Below are positions 13,191 through 54,682 of a stretch of DNA of 64,000 bases, one piece after another. Position numbers and translations under genes: made by a program. The stretch comes from Mizuhopecten yessoensis (Eukaryota). Position 1 is the stretch's first letter. Each line of letters starts with the position of its first letter. The DNA lies in assembly GCF_002113885.1 (NCBI RefSeq), contig NW_018408440.1:1458016-1522015 (forward strand), in the 5' to 3' direction. The notes beneath the pieces were generated by a model, which did not search any database, had not been told where the DNA came from, and saw nothing but the letters and a program-made list of their open reading frames with translations.

Positions 13191-13490
13191 GGTTTGGTTT
13201 ATTTTGTTTAAACGTCCTATCAACAGCTAAGGACATTTAAGGACGTGTCTTCATGTGTGTTGTATCTGCGTGCTTGCGTGTGTGTTTGCAGCAGACAGGG
13301 TATGTTGGTGTATTTGCCTCCTTGTGATAGCGCGGATCTGATGCCGACTTAATAGTGCTTTCTTACTGAAATACCATGTCAAAGCACCAAGCAGAGCTAA
13401 CAGCTACCATTTTAAGGACTTTGATATGTCACGGCCTGGGGACAGACCCCATGACCTTCATCACCTGGGTAAACTTTCAACATTAACGCC
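13191..13490 (-). mobile_element. tRNA-derived SINE (Meta/MESC-like core), degenerate
   Basis: GGTTTGGTTT tail, AACGTCCTAT...AAGGACGTG, core ATAGTGCT..TACTGAAATACCATG; second copy at 58035-58325. Confidence 0.6.
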
Positions 13491-13559
13491 AAAAGTGAGT
13501 AGTTGCCAAGGAAGGCGCTAGGAAATAAAGGAAGTCAGAAGCAGAGAGGGCTATATATA

Positions 13560-13975
13560 TTTGCACTCCGTCTGTTCGTCTTTCCGTCATTCCAACCTTC
13601 CGTCTTTCCGTCCAACCGAGAAGCATGTCCGGGGCATATTTTCTATACGATTTCACCTGGAGTAACCAGATTTGGTGTACAAGGACAACTTGGGATGGCA
13701 GTGTGCAGAGGGCAGGAAAAAAGTCACTATGACCTTAAGGTGACCTATACTTTGACCTTTGACCTCAACTTTTGGAAATGTTTGTCGGGGACATATCTTC
13801 TCACCTGGAGTAACCAGATTTGGTGTGCAAGGACATCTTTGGAAGGCAGAGTGCAAGAAGTAGGTCACTGTGACCTACATGTGTATGTTTCCTAACGTAA
13901 ATGTACTGTTCGTTAAATATAGAAATCATCACCGGTGGGGGACTATGGATTTCCTCGCAATACTTTGCCTTGTTA
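13560..13975 (+). mobile_element. Degenerate HINE-like element
   Basis: (CCGT/CTGT) microsatellite, TGACCTT motifs, duplicated TCACCTGGAGTAACCAGATTTGGTGT, end GCCTTGTT. Confidence 0.5.
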
Positions 13976-14819
13976 TTGTTATTTTGTGTCGGCTGGATGT
14001 TTTTGTGTTTTAAATCTAAAGGGTCCGATTTCTTAATATCTTTCTTGAAAACAAGTCCACTTGATTTAAACATATCTTATTGCAGTAGTTACCTACTTTA
14101 ACCTCAATTGAGAACCGTTTACGATATATAGATAAATAAATGCACGTAAACCAGAAAGACTTGAAGAAACTGATGCATCAATGGAAGTTGTAGTGTATGT
14201 CTACAGACACGATTTAATTTCCAAAAGAGCAGTAAATATTCATATAAAAATGTCCATATTTTGGAAATATAGAGCGATTTTGTCGAAAGGTGGGGATGAA
14301 TAAAGCCCTTCTAAGAGAGAATTAATTTCTTCTCAGGGTGGGGCGCATTCAGTATCTCTATTTAACATGACAACATCTTTTTATTTTGAAGAAAATATGC
14401 ATGGAGGTTCTTATTTATCCGAATGCTAACAATTGTAAGCGCAGAATGTCATCGAATCACCTATATTTCAACACCACCCACGGAGTTTAACAATAACTTT
14501 AGAATGACAGTAAAAGGTCTTTTATCTTAAAAAACAACTATAAGTTTGCATTAGTCTAACTATTAATGCATTAAAAAACGTAGAGACGTATATATATCAA
14601 GTTATTACAATTTCCCTCTGATTAGCGGCGTTCACATTAAACGCGTTAAAATGAAATTTGAGGGGGGGATGGAAAGTCGTTTTTACGTATAACTGCATGT
14701 AATAGTTACTTAATTGTGCTAGCGGGCGAAGTAGGACGAAACCACTGTACATCTATATACCATGGTATTTGTAATTTTATAGGACTCCAAAAATGTGGTA
14801 AACATCGGGTTACAGAGTG

Positions 14820-14905
14820 CACTCGTTCTCGCGGACACGTTTGACTGCACACAGTCAACAATCTCTCCTCGCACGTGGACGCTGGGGAAGTGTCAGCGGC
14901 AACAA
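14820..14905 (+). promoter_or_regulatory. GART: Probable non-coding first exon / TSS region of GART, with E-box CACGTG (14872-14877)
   Basis: Locally CpG-rich; strong donor CAA|GTAAGT at 14906; acceptor ACACAG| at 15679, 29 nt before the ATG; start coordinate approximate. Confidence 0.55.
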
Positions 14906-15702
14906 GTAAGTATGTAGTCTTACAACGTATATTAACTGGTATGTAACGTAAGTCTCGTTAATATATTCATAGTTGTCTTATTGTCAGTTGTAATAAGCTT
15001 GGTTATTTATGAACAAACATCGCCCTAACATCTATCATGAGTGACACCGTACGTGAAACACATGTGATCCGTTTTGAACACCACTGTCACTGGGGGCAAT
15101 GTATGGACCAGAGTGTTACCTTTTTGTTTATACTTACACAGTATAAGTCCATAGTAGTTAATTAGTATCCCAAATGTTCTCAATAACTTTTTTAATAGAA
15201 CAAATGAAAAGGAAAAGGACAATAAATCATTTTTTGTAAACCTACCCTCCAAGTTCTCAACAATGAAATGAATGTCATATTAATGGTCAAAATACAGGTC
15301 ATGCAAGTTTGTTAACTAAATCAATAATAAGGCATTTAAACTATAAAAAACTGTCTTGTTGTAGCAGCTTGCCTTTCTTGAGATCAGTATTTTTTTTTAA
15401 ATCTTGAAAAGGGTATTTTTTTTCAACATCTATTTTCAATGTCGGGATAATAAGTCCAAATGAAGGGAAGTTCCAAAATATAGTACATACAGACCATGAA
15501 GGTCATTTGCAGGTTGACCTATACAAATACAGGTGAGCTTGCAGATATGGGTGTGTGTTTCTGGGAACAAAAGAATAACATTATTTAATCTACCGGGGAA
15601 GGTCAAGGTCACAATAGTTTTACTGTATTCAATTGAGAGCTAGCTGTACCCAAAGTGATAAAAATCATTTTGAACACAGGTGAGGAAAATTCAAGAACTT
15701 AA

Positions 15703-43512
<27,810 letters not shown>

Positions 43513-44769
43513 AAGAGTTTCTGTGGGGGCAGGCCACACTGAGAGAGATAAGGCGAATAGTCTTGTGTCAGTGAAAGGAGTGAATGTGGGGGCAGGCTAG
43601 ACTGGTAGAGGAAGGGCGAATAGTCTTGTGTCAGTGAAAGGAGTGAATGAGGGGGTAGGCTAGACTGGGAGAGGAAGGGCGAATAATCTTGTGTCAGTGA
43701 AAGGAGTGAATGTGGGGGCAGGCTAGACTGGTAGAGGAAGGGCGAATAGTCTGGTGTCAGTGAAAGGAGGGAATGTGGGGGCAGGTTTGACTGAGAGAGG
43801 AAGGGCGAATAGTCTGGCGTCAGTGAAAGGAGTGAATGTGGGGGCAGGTTTGACTGGGAGAGGAAGGGCGAATAGTCTGGTGTCAGTGAAAGGAGTGAAT
43901 GAGGGGGTAGGCTAGACTGAGAGAGGAAGGGCGAATAGTCTGGTGTCAGTGAAAAGAGTGAATGTGGGGGCAGGTTTGACTGAGAGAGGAAGGGCGAATA
44001 GTCTGGTGTCAGTGAAAAGAGTGAATGTGGGGGCAGGTTTGACTGAGAGAGGAAGGGCGAATAGTCTGGTGTCAGTAGAAGGAGTTAATGTTAATGCAGG
44101 CTAGACTGGGAGAGGAAGGGCGAATAGTCTGGTGTCAGTGAAAGGAGTGAATGAGGGGGCAGGCCAGACTAGGAGAGGAAGGACCGAGAGTCTGGTGTCA
44201 GTGAAAGGAGTGAATGTGATGGCAGGTTAGACTTAAGGGAGGAAGATTTTGTAGTCTTGTGTCGGTGAAAGGAGAGAATATCCAATAGTTTTATGTCAGT
44301 GGAAGGCTTATGTCTTATATATCCTCTCCTCTATTATTATATATTATATATAGGCAACAGCAGACAGATGTAACAGGGATAAACGTCTGTTCTTTTGTTG
44401 ACATTCAGCGTTATTTAGGCAAATCTTTATCACAAAAACAGCAGCTCACCTTAAACCAGTGTGATAATTACTGTGTTAGACCTGCTGTTAGTGTAGGATC
44501 ACATACATTGTACCACCTACAGATGCTATAACTCATAAACTTTGCTCTGTCCTGCCATCCTTGTGAAGTTGTCTCATTATAAGAACAATAGTGCTAATCC
44601 AAAACAACTATTTCAGATTTGGTGAGCTCTATGTAAATCAATCTGTCTGTCCGTCCGACCTTATGTCAATCAATCCACTTTTTCGCTTTAGTATGATTAA
44701 TTGCCTGAGTGTTATATTTGTTAATGCATTTTTGAGATTGAAAATCTATTGTAATGAAATGTATATACT

Positions 44770-47620
44770 GATAGATGTAGCATTATCATGTTGTCATGTT
44801 TGACCATCACAGGTTAGTAATGTCTGTTAACAGATAAGATGTAGCATTATCATGTTGTCATGTATGACCATCCCAGGTTAGTAATGTCTGTTAACAGATA
44901 AGATGTAGCATTATCATGTTGTCATGTTTGACCGCTGTACATCATTATCACAGGTTAGTAATGTCTGTTAACAGATAAGATGGAGCATTTCATGTTGTCT
45001 TGTTTGACCGCTGTACATCATTATCATAGGTCATTAATGTCTGTCAAACTGGTAAGTCGTCTACAATAATTATATCATGTTTAATTTCATCATTGTCGAT
45101 TAAGTCTCAGCTTAATTATTATGTCTGTAAAACAGGCAGTCCATCTTCTGTAACCCAGTATGTTCCCCGAGTATGTTTCCAACTGTCAAACAGAAAAGTC
45201 GCATATATTATCTTATCATCTTTGATTATTGTCCCTCATAGTTCCAGCTTATTGTATCTTTCAAAAAGATCAGTCGTATTCCATAATCATATTTGGCTGT
45301 TATCTATATGGATTAATTATATCTGTCCAACAGATAAGTCCTATACCACAAGCATGTCATATTTGACTATTATACATCATAATCCCAGCTTATTGTGTCT
45401 GTCAAACAGAAGTTCTATACCACAAGCATGTCATGTTTGACTATTATACATCATAGCCCAAGCTTATTGTGTCTGTCAAACAGAAGTTCTATACCACAAG
45501 CATGTCATGTTTGACTATTATACATCATAGCCCAAGCTTATTGTGTCTGTCAAACATAAGTTCTATACCACAAGCATGTCATGTTTGACTATCGTACATC
45601 ATAGTCCCAGCTTATTGTGTCTGTCAAACAGAAGTTCTATACCAAAAGCTTGTCATGTTTGACTATTATACATCATAATCCCAGCTTATTGTGTCTGTCA
45701 AACAGAAGTTCTATACCACAAGCTTGTCATGTTTGACTATAGTACATCATAGTCCCAGCTTATTGTGTCTGTCAAACAGAAGTTCTATACCACAAGCATG
45801 TCATGTTTGACTATAGTACATCATAGTCCCAGCTTATTGTGTCTGTCAAACAGAAGTTCTATACCACAAGCATGTCATGTTTGACTATAGTACATCATAG
45901 TCCCAGCTTATTGTGTCTGTCAAACAGAAGTTCTATACCACAAGCATGTCATGTTTGACTATAGTACATCATAGTCCCAGCTTATTGTGTCTGTCAAACA
46001 GAAGTTCTATACCACAAGCATGTCATGTTTGACTATAGTACATCATAGTCCCAGCTTATTGTGTCTGTCAAACAGAAGTTCTATACCACAAGCATGTCAT
46101 GTTTGACTATAGTACATCATAGTCCCAGCTTATTGTGTCTGTCAAACAGAAGTTCTATACCACAAGCATGTCATGTTTGACTATAGTACATCATAGTCCC
46201 AGCTTATTGTGTCTGTCAAACAGAAGTTCTATACCACAAGCTTGTCATGTTTGACTATAGTACATCATAGTCCCAGCTTATTGTGTCTGTCAAACAGAAG
46301 TTCTATACCACAAGCTTGTCATGTTTGACTATAGTACATCATAGTCCCAGCTTATTGTGTCTGTCAAACAGAAGTTCTATACCACAAGCATGTCATGTTT
46401 GACTATAGTACATCATAGTCCCAGCTTATTGTGTCTGTCAAACAGATAAGTCCTATACCACAAGCATGTCATGTTTGTCTATTGTACGTCATTGCCCCAG
46501 CTTATTATGTCTGTCAAACAGATAAGTCCTATACCACAAGCATGTCATGTTTGACTATTGTACGTCATAGCCCCAGATTATTGTGTCTGTCAAACAGATA
46601 AGTCCTATACCACAAGCATGTCATGTTTGACTATAGTTCATCCTAGTCCCAGCTTATTGTGTCAGTCAAACAGAAGTTCTATACCACTAGCATGTCATGT
46701 TTGTCTATTGTACGTCATTGCACCAGCTTATTATGTCTGTCAAACAGATAAGCCCTATACCACAAGCATGGCATGTTTGACTATTGTACGTGATAGCCCC
46801 AGATTATTGTGTCTGTCAAACATATAAGTCCTATACCACAAGCACGTCATGTTTGACTATAGTTCATCCTAGTCCCAGCTTATTGTGGTTGTCAAACAGA
46901 TAAGTCCTATACCCCAAGCATGTCATGTTTGCCTATTGTACGTCATAGCCCCAGATTATGGTTTCTGTCAAGGAGATAAGTCCTATACCAAAAGCATGTC
47001 ATGTTTGACAATAGTACATCATAGTCCAAGCTTATTGTGTCTGTCAAACATAAGTTCTATACCACAAGAATGTCATGTTTGACTATATGTCATCATAGTC
47101 CCAGCTTATTATGTCTCTCCAACAGATAAGTCCTATACCGCAAGCATGTCATGTTTGAGTATTGTACGTCATAGCCCCTGATTATTGTGTCTGTTAAACA
47201 GATAAGTGCTATACCACAAGCATGTCAGGTTTGACTATTGTACGTCAGTTCTATACCACAAGCATGTCCTGTTTGACTATAGTTCATCATAGGCCCAGCT
47301 TATTGTGTCTGCCAAACAGAAGTTCTATACGACAAGCATGTCATGTTTGAGTATTGTACGTCATAGCCCCAGATTATTGGGTCTGTCAAACAGATAATTC
47401 CTATACCACAAGCATGTCAGGTTTGACTATTGTACGTGATAGCCCCAGATTATTGTGCCTGTCAAACAGATAAGTCCTGTACCACAAGCATGTCATGTTT
47501 GACTATAGTACATCATATTTCCAGATTATTGTGTCTGTCAATCGGATACATCGTGTATTACAATCATATCATGTTTGACAATAGACCGTCAAAGTCCAAG
47601 CTCATTATATCTGTCAAACA
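44770..47620 (+). repeat. 74-bp satellite with homogeneous core and degenerate edges
   Basis: Unit TTTGACTATAGTACATCATAGTCCCAGCTTATTGTGTCTGTCAAACAGAAGTTCTATACCACAAGCATGTCATG; internal inverted TGTTTGAC/GTCAAACA. Confidence 0.95.
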
Positions 47621-47748
47621 CTTAATGTCGATTTTTTTGAAATCTTTTGAAACTTGTTTCATAGAAATACTTTATGAATCGTACTTATTTGAGATTTTGA
47701 TGGAAAATCAATATCGCTGTTTGACTTATAAGGTGCTATAGATTGTAA

Positions 47749-47754
47749 AATAAA
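47749..47754 (+). terminator. Candidate GART polyadenylation signal AATAAA
   Basis: First canonical AATAAA I could find after the stop codon; followed by TG/T-rich sequence. Confidence 0.35.
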
Positions 47755-48069
47755 TGTTGATTAATGATAATTTGAAATTTGCTAGGCTCACGTAATATAA
47801 CTATATCCTATGTGCCGCAAAAATAAACTATTAGCTGTTGCAACTGAATGAGTTTCGTTGTATTGTATGCACAATATTAGACAATGTTTCCATTGAGACG
47901 TAAGTCTCCAAATTGATTTCGAAGCGAACTGACTGTTAGAAATTTTGAAGTTTGAAAATAGAAATAGTAGAAGTAGGAACGTAGCGAGTCTAACTCCGGG
48001 ACTGTCCAGCTTACACTTGACCAGTGCTACCGTCCTCCAATTGTAAATGAACAGCATACCAATGAGAGT

Positions 48070-48258
48070 TTTTGTTTTACATCCTATTAACAGCTCATTT
48101 AAGGACGTGCTAGGTTTTTGTGGTGGAGAAAAGCCGAAATAAAAAAAACCTGACTTCGCCCAGTAACCTGGCAGCTGCCCAACGTAGGCCTCGAACCCGT
48201 AAACCAATGGTGGATGTCTAGTGATCGCAGACGGTCGGACGCCTTAACCACTCGACCG
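48070..48258 (-). mobile_element. tRNA-derived SINE, degenerate
   Basis: Minus-strand A box GGTCGAGTGGTTAAGG and B box GGGTTCGAGGCC; tail similar to the 13191 SINE. Confidence 0.65.
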
Positions 48259-49029
48259 TTTCTGTCCAAATATTATTCTGGATCATCATATGAGCGGCCA
48301 ATTTATGGATTGAAAATATTGATAAAATAAATCAACTTTGAAAAACGTGAGGGTTAAAGCTCCTTTCAGTTGCTTCATATTTTCATGAATAAGGGAGATT
48401 ACGCCAAGTCAGGAACCCTTTGCGATTACAAATAGATGAAGTGGTACCATGAAATACATAAAACTAAAGAAAATCAAATCGGCAGGTGCTACAGCCGATG
48501 AGAGTTACAGGTTACAATAATATTTTTTCAAAATAGATTATTAGCATCTAGACCTACTGAATGCTTCCTCGATATTTGATTTTATCGTTAAAGGAACAAA
48601 TCTTAACAGTACAGTGAAATATAATTGTTGGTGCAATTGTAAGGACCAAAAGGACGCTACCCCAGCAGCCGGTACGTCTAAGACGTGATAGTACTCGAAT
48701 TTGACCAAACTTTACGTAGCATATATCGTCGACTAAGCAGAAGAGTAGCATATGTCGTCGATTAAGCAGAAGACATTTTTGTTGCCGTAGATCTATCGTT
48801 TTTGAGTTCCATTTATGGTTTTGTTGAAACTTCGATATCCATTTGGTTTTATACATGTGCTCGAGCTACTTACCATGTTAGCTTGCATACAAGCAAATGC
48901 TGGCTTGTACTTGCTTGGCACTGTCTGATTTCACGTTCAACAAAACAATAACTCTTTCTTCACCTCTCTATCGTTTTGGATCTGTATGTGAAGTTGCAAC
49001 GAACATAGTCTATGTAGTTCACCGGAATA

Positions 49030-49195
49030 AGTTACAAGACCACGTTGGTAGTATATATTATCCTCATGAACTTGAAATCAAGGACACTACAAACCCATTT
49101 GCTTCAGCAACTTACCTTAATTACCTCAAACAAGGTCAACAACATAAAACGCCTTTTATTAAGCTGTGCAATAAGCATGACGATTTCAAGTATTA
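49030..49195 (+). mobile_element. Penelope-like retroelement RT remnant
   Basis: IYYPHELEIKDTT...SATYL...KLCNKHDDF resembles the PLE RT C-terminal pattern IYPxELEIKDTT..SASYLD..LYDKRDDF. Confidence 0.7.
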
Positions 49196-50746
49196 TCATC
49201 GTAGGAGGAGTTCGGTAATATTTAATCGAAAATAACATCATTGCTTTATTACCGTAAACAACATTGTAAGAATGTGTTCTGGTAAACACATACATTTTCT
49301 AACAAAGGGGAATGACTCCGCTAAGCATGAACATTATACCAATGTGAAATAAGATTGGTATGATGATATATAACAAACTCCCAATTCAGTACACAACCAA
49401 TTTAAATGTTCACGGGAAAAGAGATACATTATAAATGTTTCGGTCTCCAACATATCATTTCGTTAAGCTTGAAAATCATTTATTTTGGTGTTGCCTTTTT
49501 TTTGGGTCCTTTTACCTGTTATAATACCATCGTAAAAACAGTACGTTGAACCCTGTCAGGAGTTGGTTTCTGATAGTATTATTTACTCCTTTATTTATAA
49601 TTAAGATTAATCAGTTGACCTACGAACAAAATATGAGATAAAAACCGAAAGTATCCGTATTTGAGGTTCATAGAAGTAATATGTTAATGTAGGGTAAAGC
49701 ATTTTCCTGTCCGAGTTGTAATTGGGAAAGAAAGTAGAAATCTTTTTACTTATGTATGTATGTCTGACATTCTGTTGGATAATTTTCTAGTTCTTCGCTC
49801 TAGACTCTTAAGCAAACAGGTAGTGAGGAATGTTATTTCCGCTTTTGATAAAGTAAGTTGGTAATAACACCAAATTCATGTTGATAGTTACTATATTTAC
49901 AAATCTGGATGTCCGTCGTTGTACAAGATTGCCGAATTGGTTTTATTATTATACGTTTAAGCCAATAAAATAAGGGGACAATATTTCAACCATGAGCTCT
50001 GGAATAGTAAGCGCCTGAATTTCCATTGATAAACGAAACCATGTTCATTTATACCTCGTTTTGGATGTCCATTTAAATCACACATCAACAGTTGAAACTA
50101 CTACTGTTTCAACTAAGACAGATGTTACATTTATATTAGAAAGAATTACGCTATTTTGAAGTGCTTTTTACATTTTGCTTAAAAGTACAAAGTGGTGGAA
50201 ATGCTTTACGCGCAGAAAGGTTATCCGTATCCAAAAGCACTTTCGAGATGGTGATATCTCTACCACTAATGTTGCCAAACTTCAAAGGAAATCACGTCTG
50301 CATTGAGTGAGTCGATAACAACAAAAATCCTGAGTTTTATCTAAATGTGAAACAAATGTAAATCGTACATAAAAACGTGCACGGACAGGGGCGGCAGTGT
50401 TTTGTACATTCTTAAGTTATTTCAGCAGATTGGGGGCAAAGATGATAAACATTTCTATTACATTAACAAAACACCGCCAGCGGGATCATTTGAACGAGCT
50501 TGTTGATTTAACGTCGAAATTCAATATACAGCATTTATATTATAATGATTTAATCTTGCTTGTAACAAGCTTTTTCATTGGCTTCAAAATTAATGTAATC
50601 AGCCCATAACATAAAAAAACGACGTCGCTGGTTGTAACGTCGCTTTTGATTGGCTGACACAGCAGCGCAATAATTTCTAAGAGAAAAGAGTCCATCAATA
50701 AAAGTGGATTTCCACAGGGATTGTGTATAGTAGATTAAATTATAAA

Positions 50747-50899
50747 GATTAACTTGAATATATTTTTCATGTTATGGAACTACAACACAAAAAAAACGGA
50801 GTGTACTCTCATCATAAACCGCTTCGCGGTTTACTTAGAGTACACTCCGTTTTTTGTGTGTTATATCTCCATAATATGAAAAACATATTCAAGTTAATC
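50747..50899. repeat. ~150-nt hairpin with a GC/TTCG apex (probable non-autonomous transposon end)
   Basis: GATTAACTTGAATAT...GGAGTGTACTCT..AAACCGCTTCGCGGTTT..AGAGTACACTCC...ATATTCAAGTTAATC. Confidence 0.8.
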
Positions 50900-52875
50900 C
50901 TTTATTAGAATATTACCGGTAATAGTTTCAAATGTTTTTCCTATTTGGATGAAAATGAAAAATAAAAGCGAAATTGGAAATTAGCTTGTATGCGTTAGAG
51001 GTAATGATACTTTCTTTATGAATTGAAACACCCCGCAACGTCATGCTTTACCTCATCCGCAGCCTCATACTTTTCCTGGCGAGGCTTCTTCATGTTGTAT
51101 CATTTCTCGAAGACTGGGTAATACATGGTAAATGCCTCGGAAGGAATGTTGGAAATACATTTGGTATACCTCACTACTTGGGAGAAGCTGCAGAGAGAGC
51201 ATCGTGCTGGCTATTGCAAAAACGAGAAGGGCCGATGTGGAAGCCGACATAGACGTGTAGTGGTTTGGCCACCACTTCTGACCCACCAACCGGAGGATGT
51301 AATGATTAACGATACATCTTAAGAGGGCTGGCCATTACCTGATGACGGCAAATGAGGCTTCGCGACAAGAATGACAACGGTGACAGACTACAAGTCAAGC
51401 ATGTCACAAGATGCAGAATTACCATCATCTGTAAGCAATCATCACTTGAAGTGCTTAGATAGATACATATTTCCGAATTGGCACGATAATTGAAGACTAT
51501 GTTGATATGTATCGAGTAGTGTTAACATTGTGATGATGTTTAGGTGTTTGAAAAATTGAAAATGTACAGAGAAGAACTTAAATACCAAAAGTGCTCACGT
51601 TCATGCTTCTTAAGATATTACCGTCGACATAATATTTAGCTATTTCATGACCCAAACTCTGATTCTGCTCTCGACAACCTCAGAATCAGCAGTGGAGAGA
51701 CAACAACCTCGAACATGTCACTGGACAAGGTATGGTCGTGTGGGATCATTTCCCAGAACAGTGGCGGTGTAAGAAATACACTTTTAGCTAATACTAGCAT
51801 AAGGAAAACTAACTAAAACTATATAGTGATTGTCCTTGGTCCGAAAGTAAGACACGGGCACAATAATTCTTGAATTTGATCTGGTGTTCCTGCCGTCGAA
51901 GGATATACATTAAACCTCCATTACTAAATACATATATATTTTCTTTTTGTTATTAGCACTTTAGAAAATTGCTAGATACATTATAAGGACTCTATTTAAT
52001 ATTTTTTATATTATATAAGTTCGTACCAGGTCACAAATCTTCGTTTTCGGGGAAAGAATACGCCCGCTCTATCCAGCTACATGTTATCGTAAAATGCGAC
52101 GAATTGCGGCTACCCTTCAGAATGGCGAATTTCGTCCGTGTCTTCTATGAAGGGATTATGAAGCAATCAGAACGGATCTGCTGACCCTACTGGAACACTT
52201 AGGATCTTTTTGTTTTGTTTTCGCCGCTTGCCCACTCTTTGTTCGAGCGGTATGGCATTTTCTGTAACGAGAACCATAAACCTTCAGCACACTTGCAAAT
52301 TTGGAACATAAAGTGTCCAAATAAACAGTTACCATTGTTTGACGATGTTGGTAATCTTAAAATTAATCCCCTAATACATTCCGGAGACGAAGCATTGATC
52401 CATTACAGATCAGCCTTCGGACAGTTTACTGTTTCAAAGAACGATCTTGCTTATCACTATAAGAGGTAAATAAAAGAAATGATACAACCTATAGATGAAA
52501 GAAGGATTTTGACAAGCTCTCGAGAATCTTGAATCTTGATCTTGATCGAACACAACACAACACATAAATACATTTGATGTACTGTCGGTCCTACCTGTAC
52601 TACCCAGCAACTCTTTATACCACCGATCTCATGCTGAAACTGGTTCATTAGTCCTTTCTGACTACAACTGACAAACGCAATACATTACCTTGTCAATGGA
52701 GAGTATTTGGTTACTTGTTAAATATCTCGCATATCATAGTAGATTGGCTAATTTTCCCAGCTCGAGATTTACATTGATGGCTTCAATATAGGCAACAACA
52801 ATGTTTTAATTGTCAGCAGAACCGAATTTCCAGCTATGAAATTCTGTTGTCTGTCATAACAGACACGGTTATCGA

Positions 52876-54036
52876 GGAGGCACGGTAGTCGAGTGGTAGG
52901 ACCCCGGGCTTGTAACCGAAGGCAGGGACGGATCCAGGATTTCCTAAAAGAGGGGGCCGAGAAAAAAACATTCTCAACAGTCAACGGTGTGCTGCCAAAG
53001 GCAGCATCCCGAGCGCGTAGCGCGAGTAGGGGGAAGGTACAGGAGGGGCTCTTCCCCCTCCCGTAATGGGGGTTTGGGGGATCTCCCCCAAAAAAATTGT
53101 GTTTTCTAGAACGTCTCAGAAGCGATTTCCCTTGTTCTGAGGATTGTTTTTATGTTTAATTAACAATAAGAAAAAAAACATATTTTAAGTATGGCCCATA
53201 GAGTTTTTTGTGTACTGGAAAGAAAATTGAAGTTTCGGTTCGAATTCTCTATCAACAGCGTGTTTTAGAAGTCAGATGGTATTGTTATAGGGGCAACCTG
53301 GTGATACTTTCTTGTATGTACACGATGGTAAGCTATAAGTACCACAATGAGATATTATGTTGTACATACAAGATAGTTAAACAGTTCCAACAATATATAT
53401 ATAATACCAAAATTATTGAATGGATATGTTTAGTCGATTATACATAATAATGTCAGCCGAAAAAAACCTTTATCGTTCTTGTATAATGATATGATTAATA
53501 TCGCCCGGGCGGTTAGGAAGGTTAAGATAAAAAGTGTTAATTTTCAGATCATCTATAACGAGCGGTCAATGATATAATTATGCAACTTATGCTAGTATAT
53601 TTCCGCCGAGCGTTTCAAGTTGCAACTTGGGGTTTTGCGGAGGTGGTAAAATAAAAAGAACACACTTTAGGGTCAAGATACAAAGTGGCGGTTGTGTCCC
53701 CCCCTAAATCCGCGCCTGGAAGGGTTGCGGGTTCGCGCCACGGTACGGCAATGTGTTGTATCCTTGAGCAAGATACTTTACTCCGCTTGTTCCAGTCTAC
53801 TCAGCTGTAAATTAGTACGTGGTTGGGCAGTGCTAGAATTGTTGAATGCTAGCTGTTAGCGCCGAAATGGCAGCTACGGCTGTATGCTCCCCAGGGAGTT
53901 GAAAAATGTACTGACTAGGTGCAAAGGCCCTATAACCACGGATAATAATTTGTGAACCGCTTCGAGTCGACCTACGAACTAGGTTGTGATAAAGCGGTAT
54001 ATAAGAACCTCCAATTATTTAATATTATTATTATAT
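52876..54036 (+). mobile_element. tRNA-head SINE (CORE-like body, L2-like tail) interrupted by a MITE
   Basis: A box GGTAGTCGAGTGG, B box GGGTTCGCGCC, TGTATCCTTGAGCAAGATACTTTAC core, AAGCGGTATATAAG..(ATT)n tail. Confidence 0.75.
52923..53718. mobile_element. hAT-like MITE with CAGG termini and 5-bp TSD GAAGG
   Basis: CAGGGACGGATCCAGG ... CCTAAATCCGCGCCTG; GAAGG at 52918-52922 and 53719-53723. Confidence 0.75.
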
Positions 54037-54396
54037 AATTATAAGCGACATAGAGGACATCTAACAGTGTCTTCAGTAATACCAAACATATTTCACGAGT
54101 GTGGCTAATTATTTCATATCTTTCACGTTGGTGACCTTCCCACTATCCTTGATTCGACATTACTCATCACTCTGAAATGAATCATTAAATTTTGCGTGGC
54201 TACTGCAAGCCAATGTCTTTGATGACAGACCCTATCTTCAATTAATTGAAAGTCGCGTTTTAATTTCTAAATTTAGTTTCGACAGACAATAAGCATTATC
54301 TATGTTTTATACAAGATGTTTCTTTTAATCAATCAAACGCATCAGTCTATCTGCCGTGATATCAGATTAAGAGGTTAGTCGTTAGTATATATTAAA

Positions 54397-54682
54397 CAAA
54401 AACAAGACGAGATTACCGAAGTGTCAACAAAAACAAGACGAGATTACCGAAGTGTCAACAAAAACAAGACGTGATTACCGAAGTGTCAACAAAAACAAGA
54501 CGTGATTACCGAAGAGTCAACAAAAACAAGACGAGATTACCGAAGTGTCAACAAAAATAAGACGAGATTACCGAAGTGTCAGCAAAAACAAGACGAGATT
54601 ACCGAAGTGTCAACAAAAACGAGACGTGATTACCTAAGTGTCAACAAAAACAAGACGAGATTACCGAAGTGTCAACAAAAAC
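54397..54682 (+). repeat. 31-bp minisatellite, about 9 copies
   Basis: CAAAAACAAGACGAGATTACCGAAGTGTCAA. Confidence 0.95.

Noticed and set aside
51040-51430. GC-richer patch with short overlapping ORFs
   Set aside because: May be a decayed retroelement fragment, but I could not assign any motif with confidence.
52880-53745. tRNA genes (also 48180-48258 and ~63380)
   Set aside because: Only A/B box-like heads attached to SINE bodies; no complete cloverleaf.
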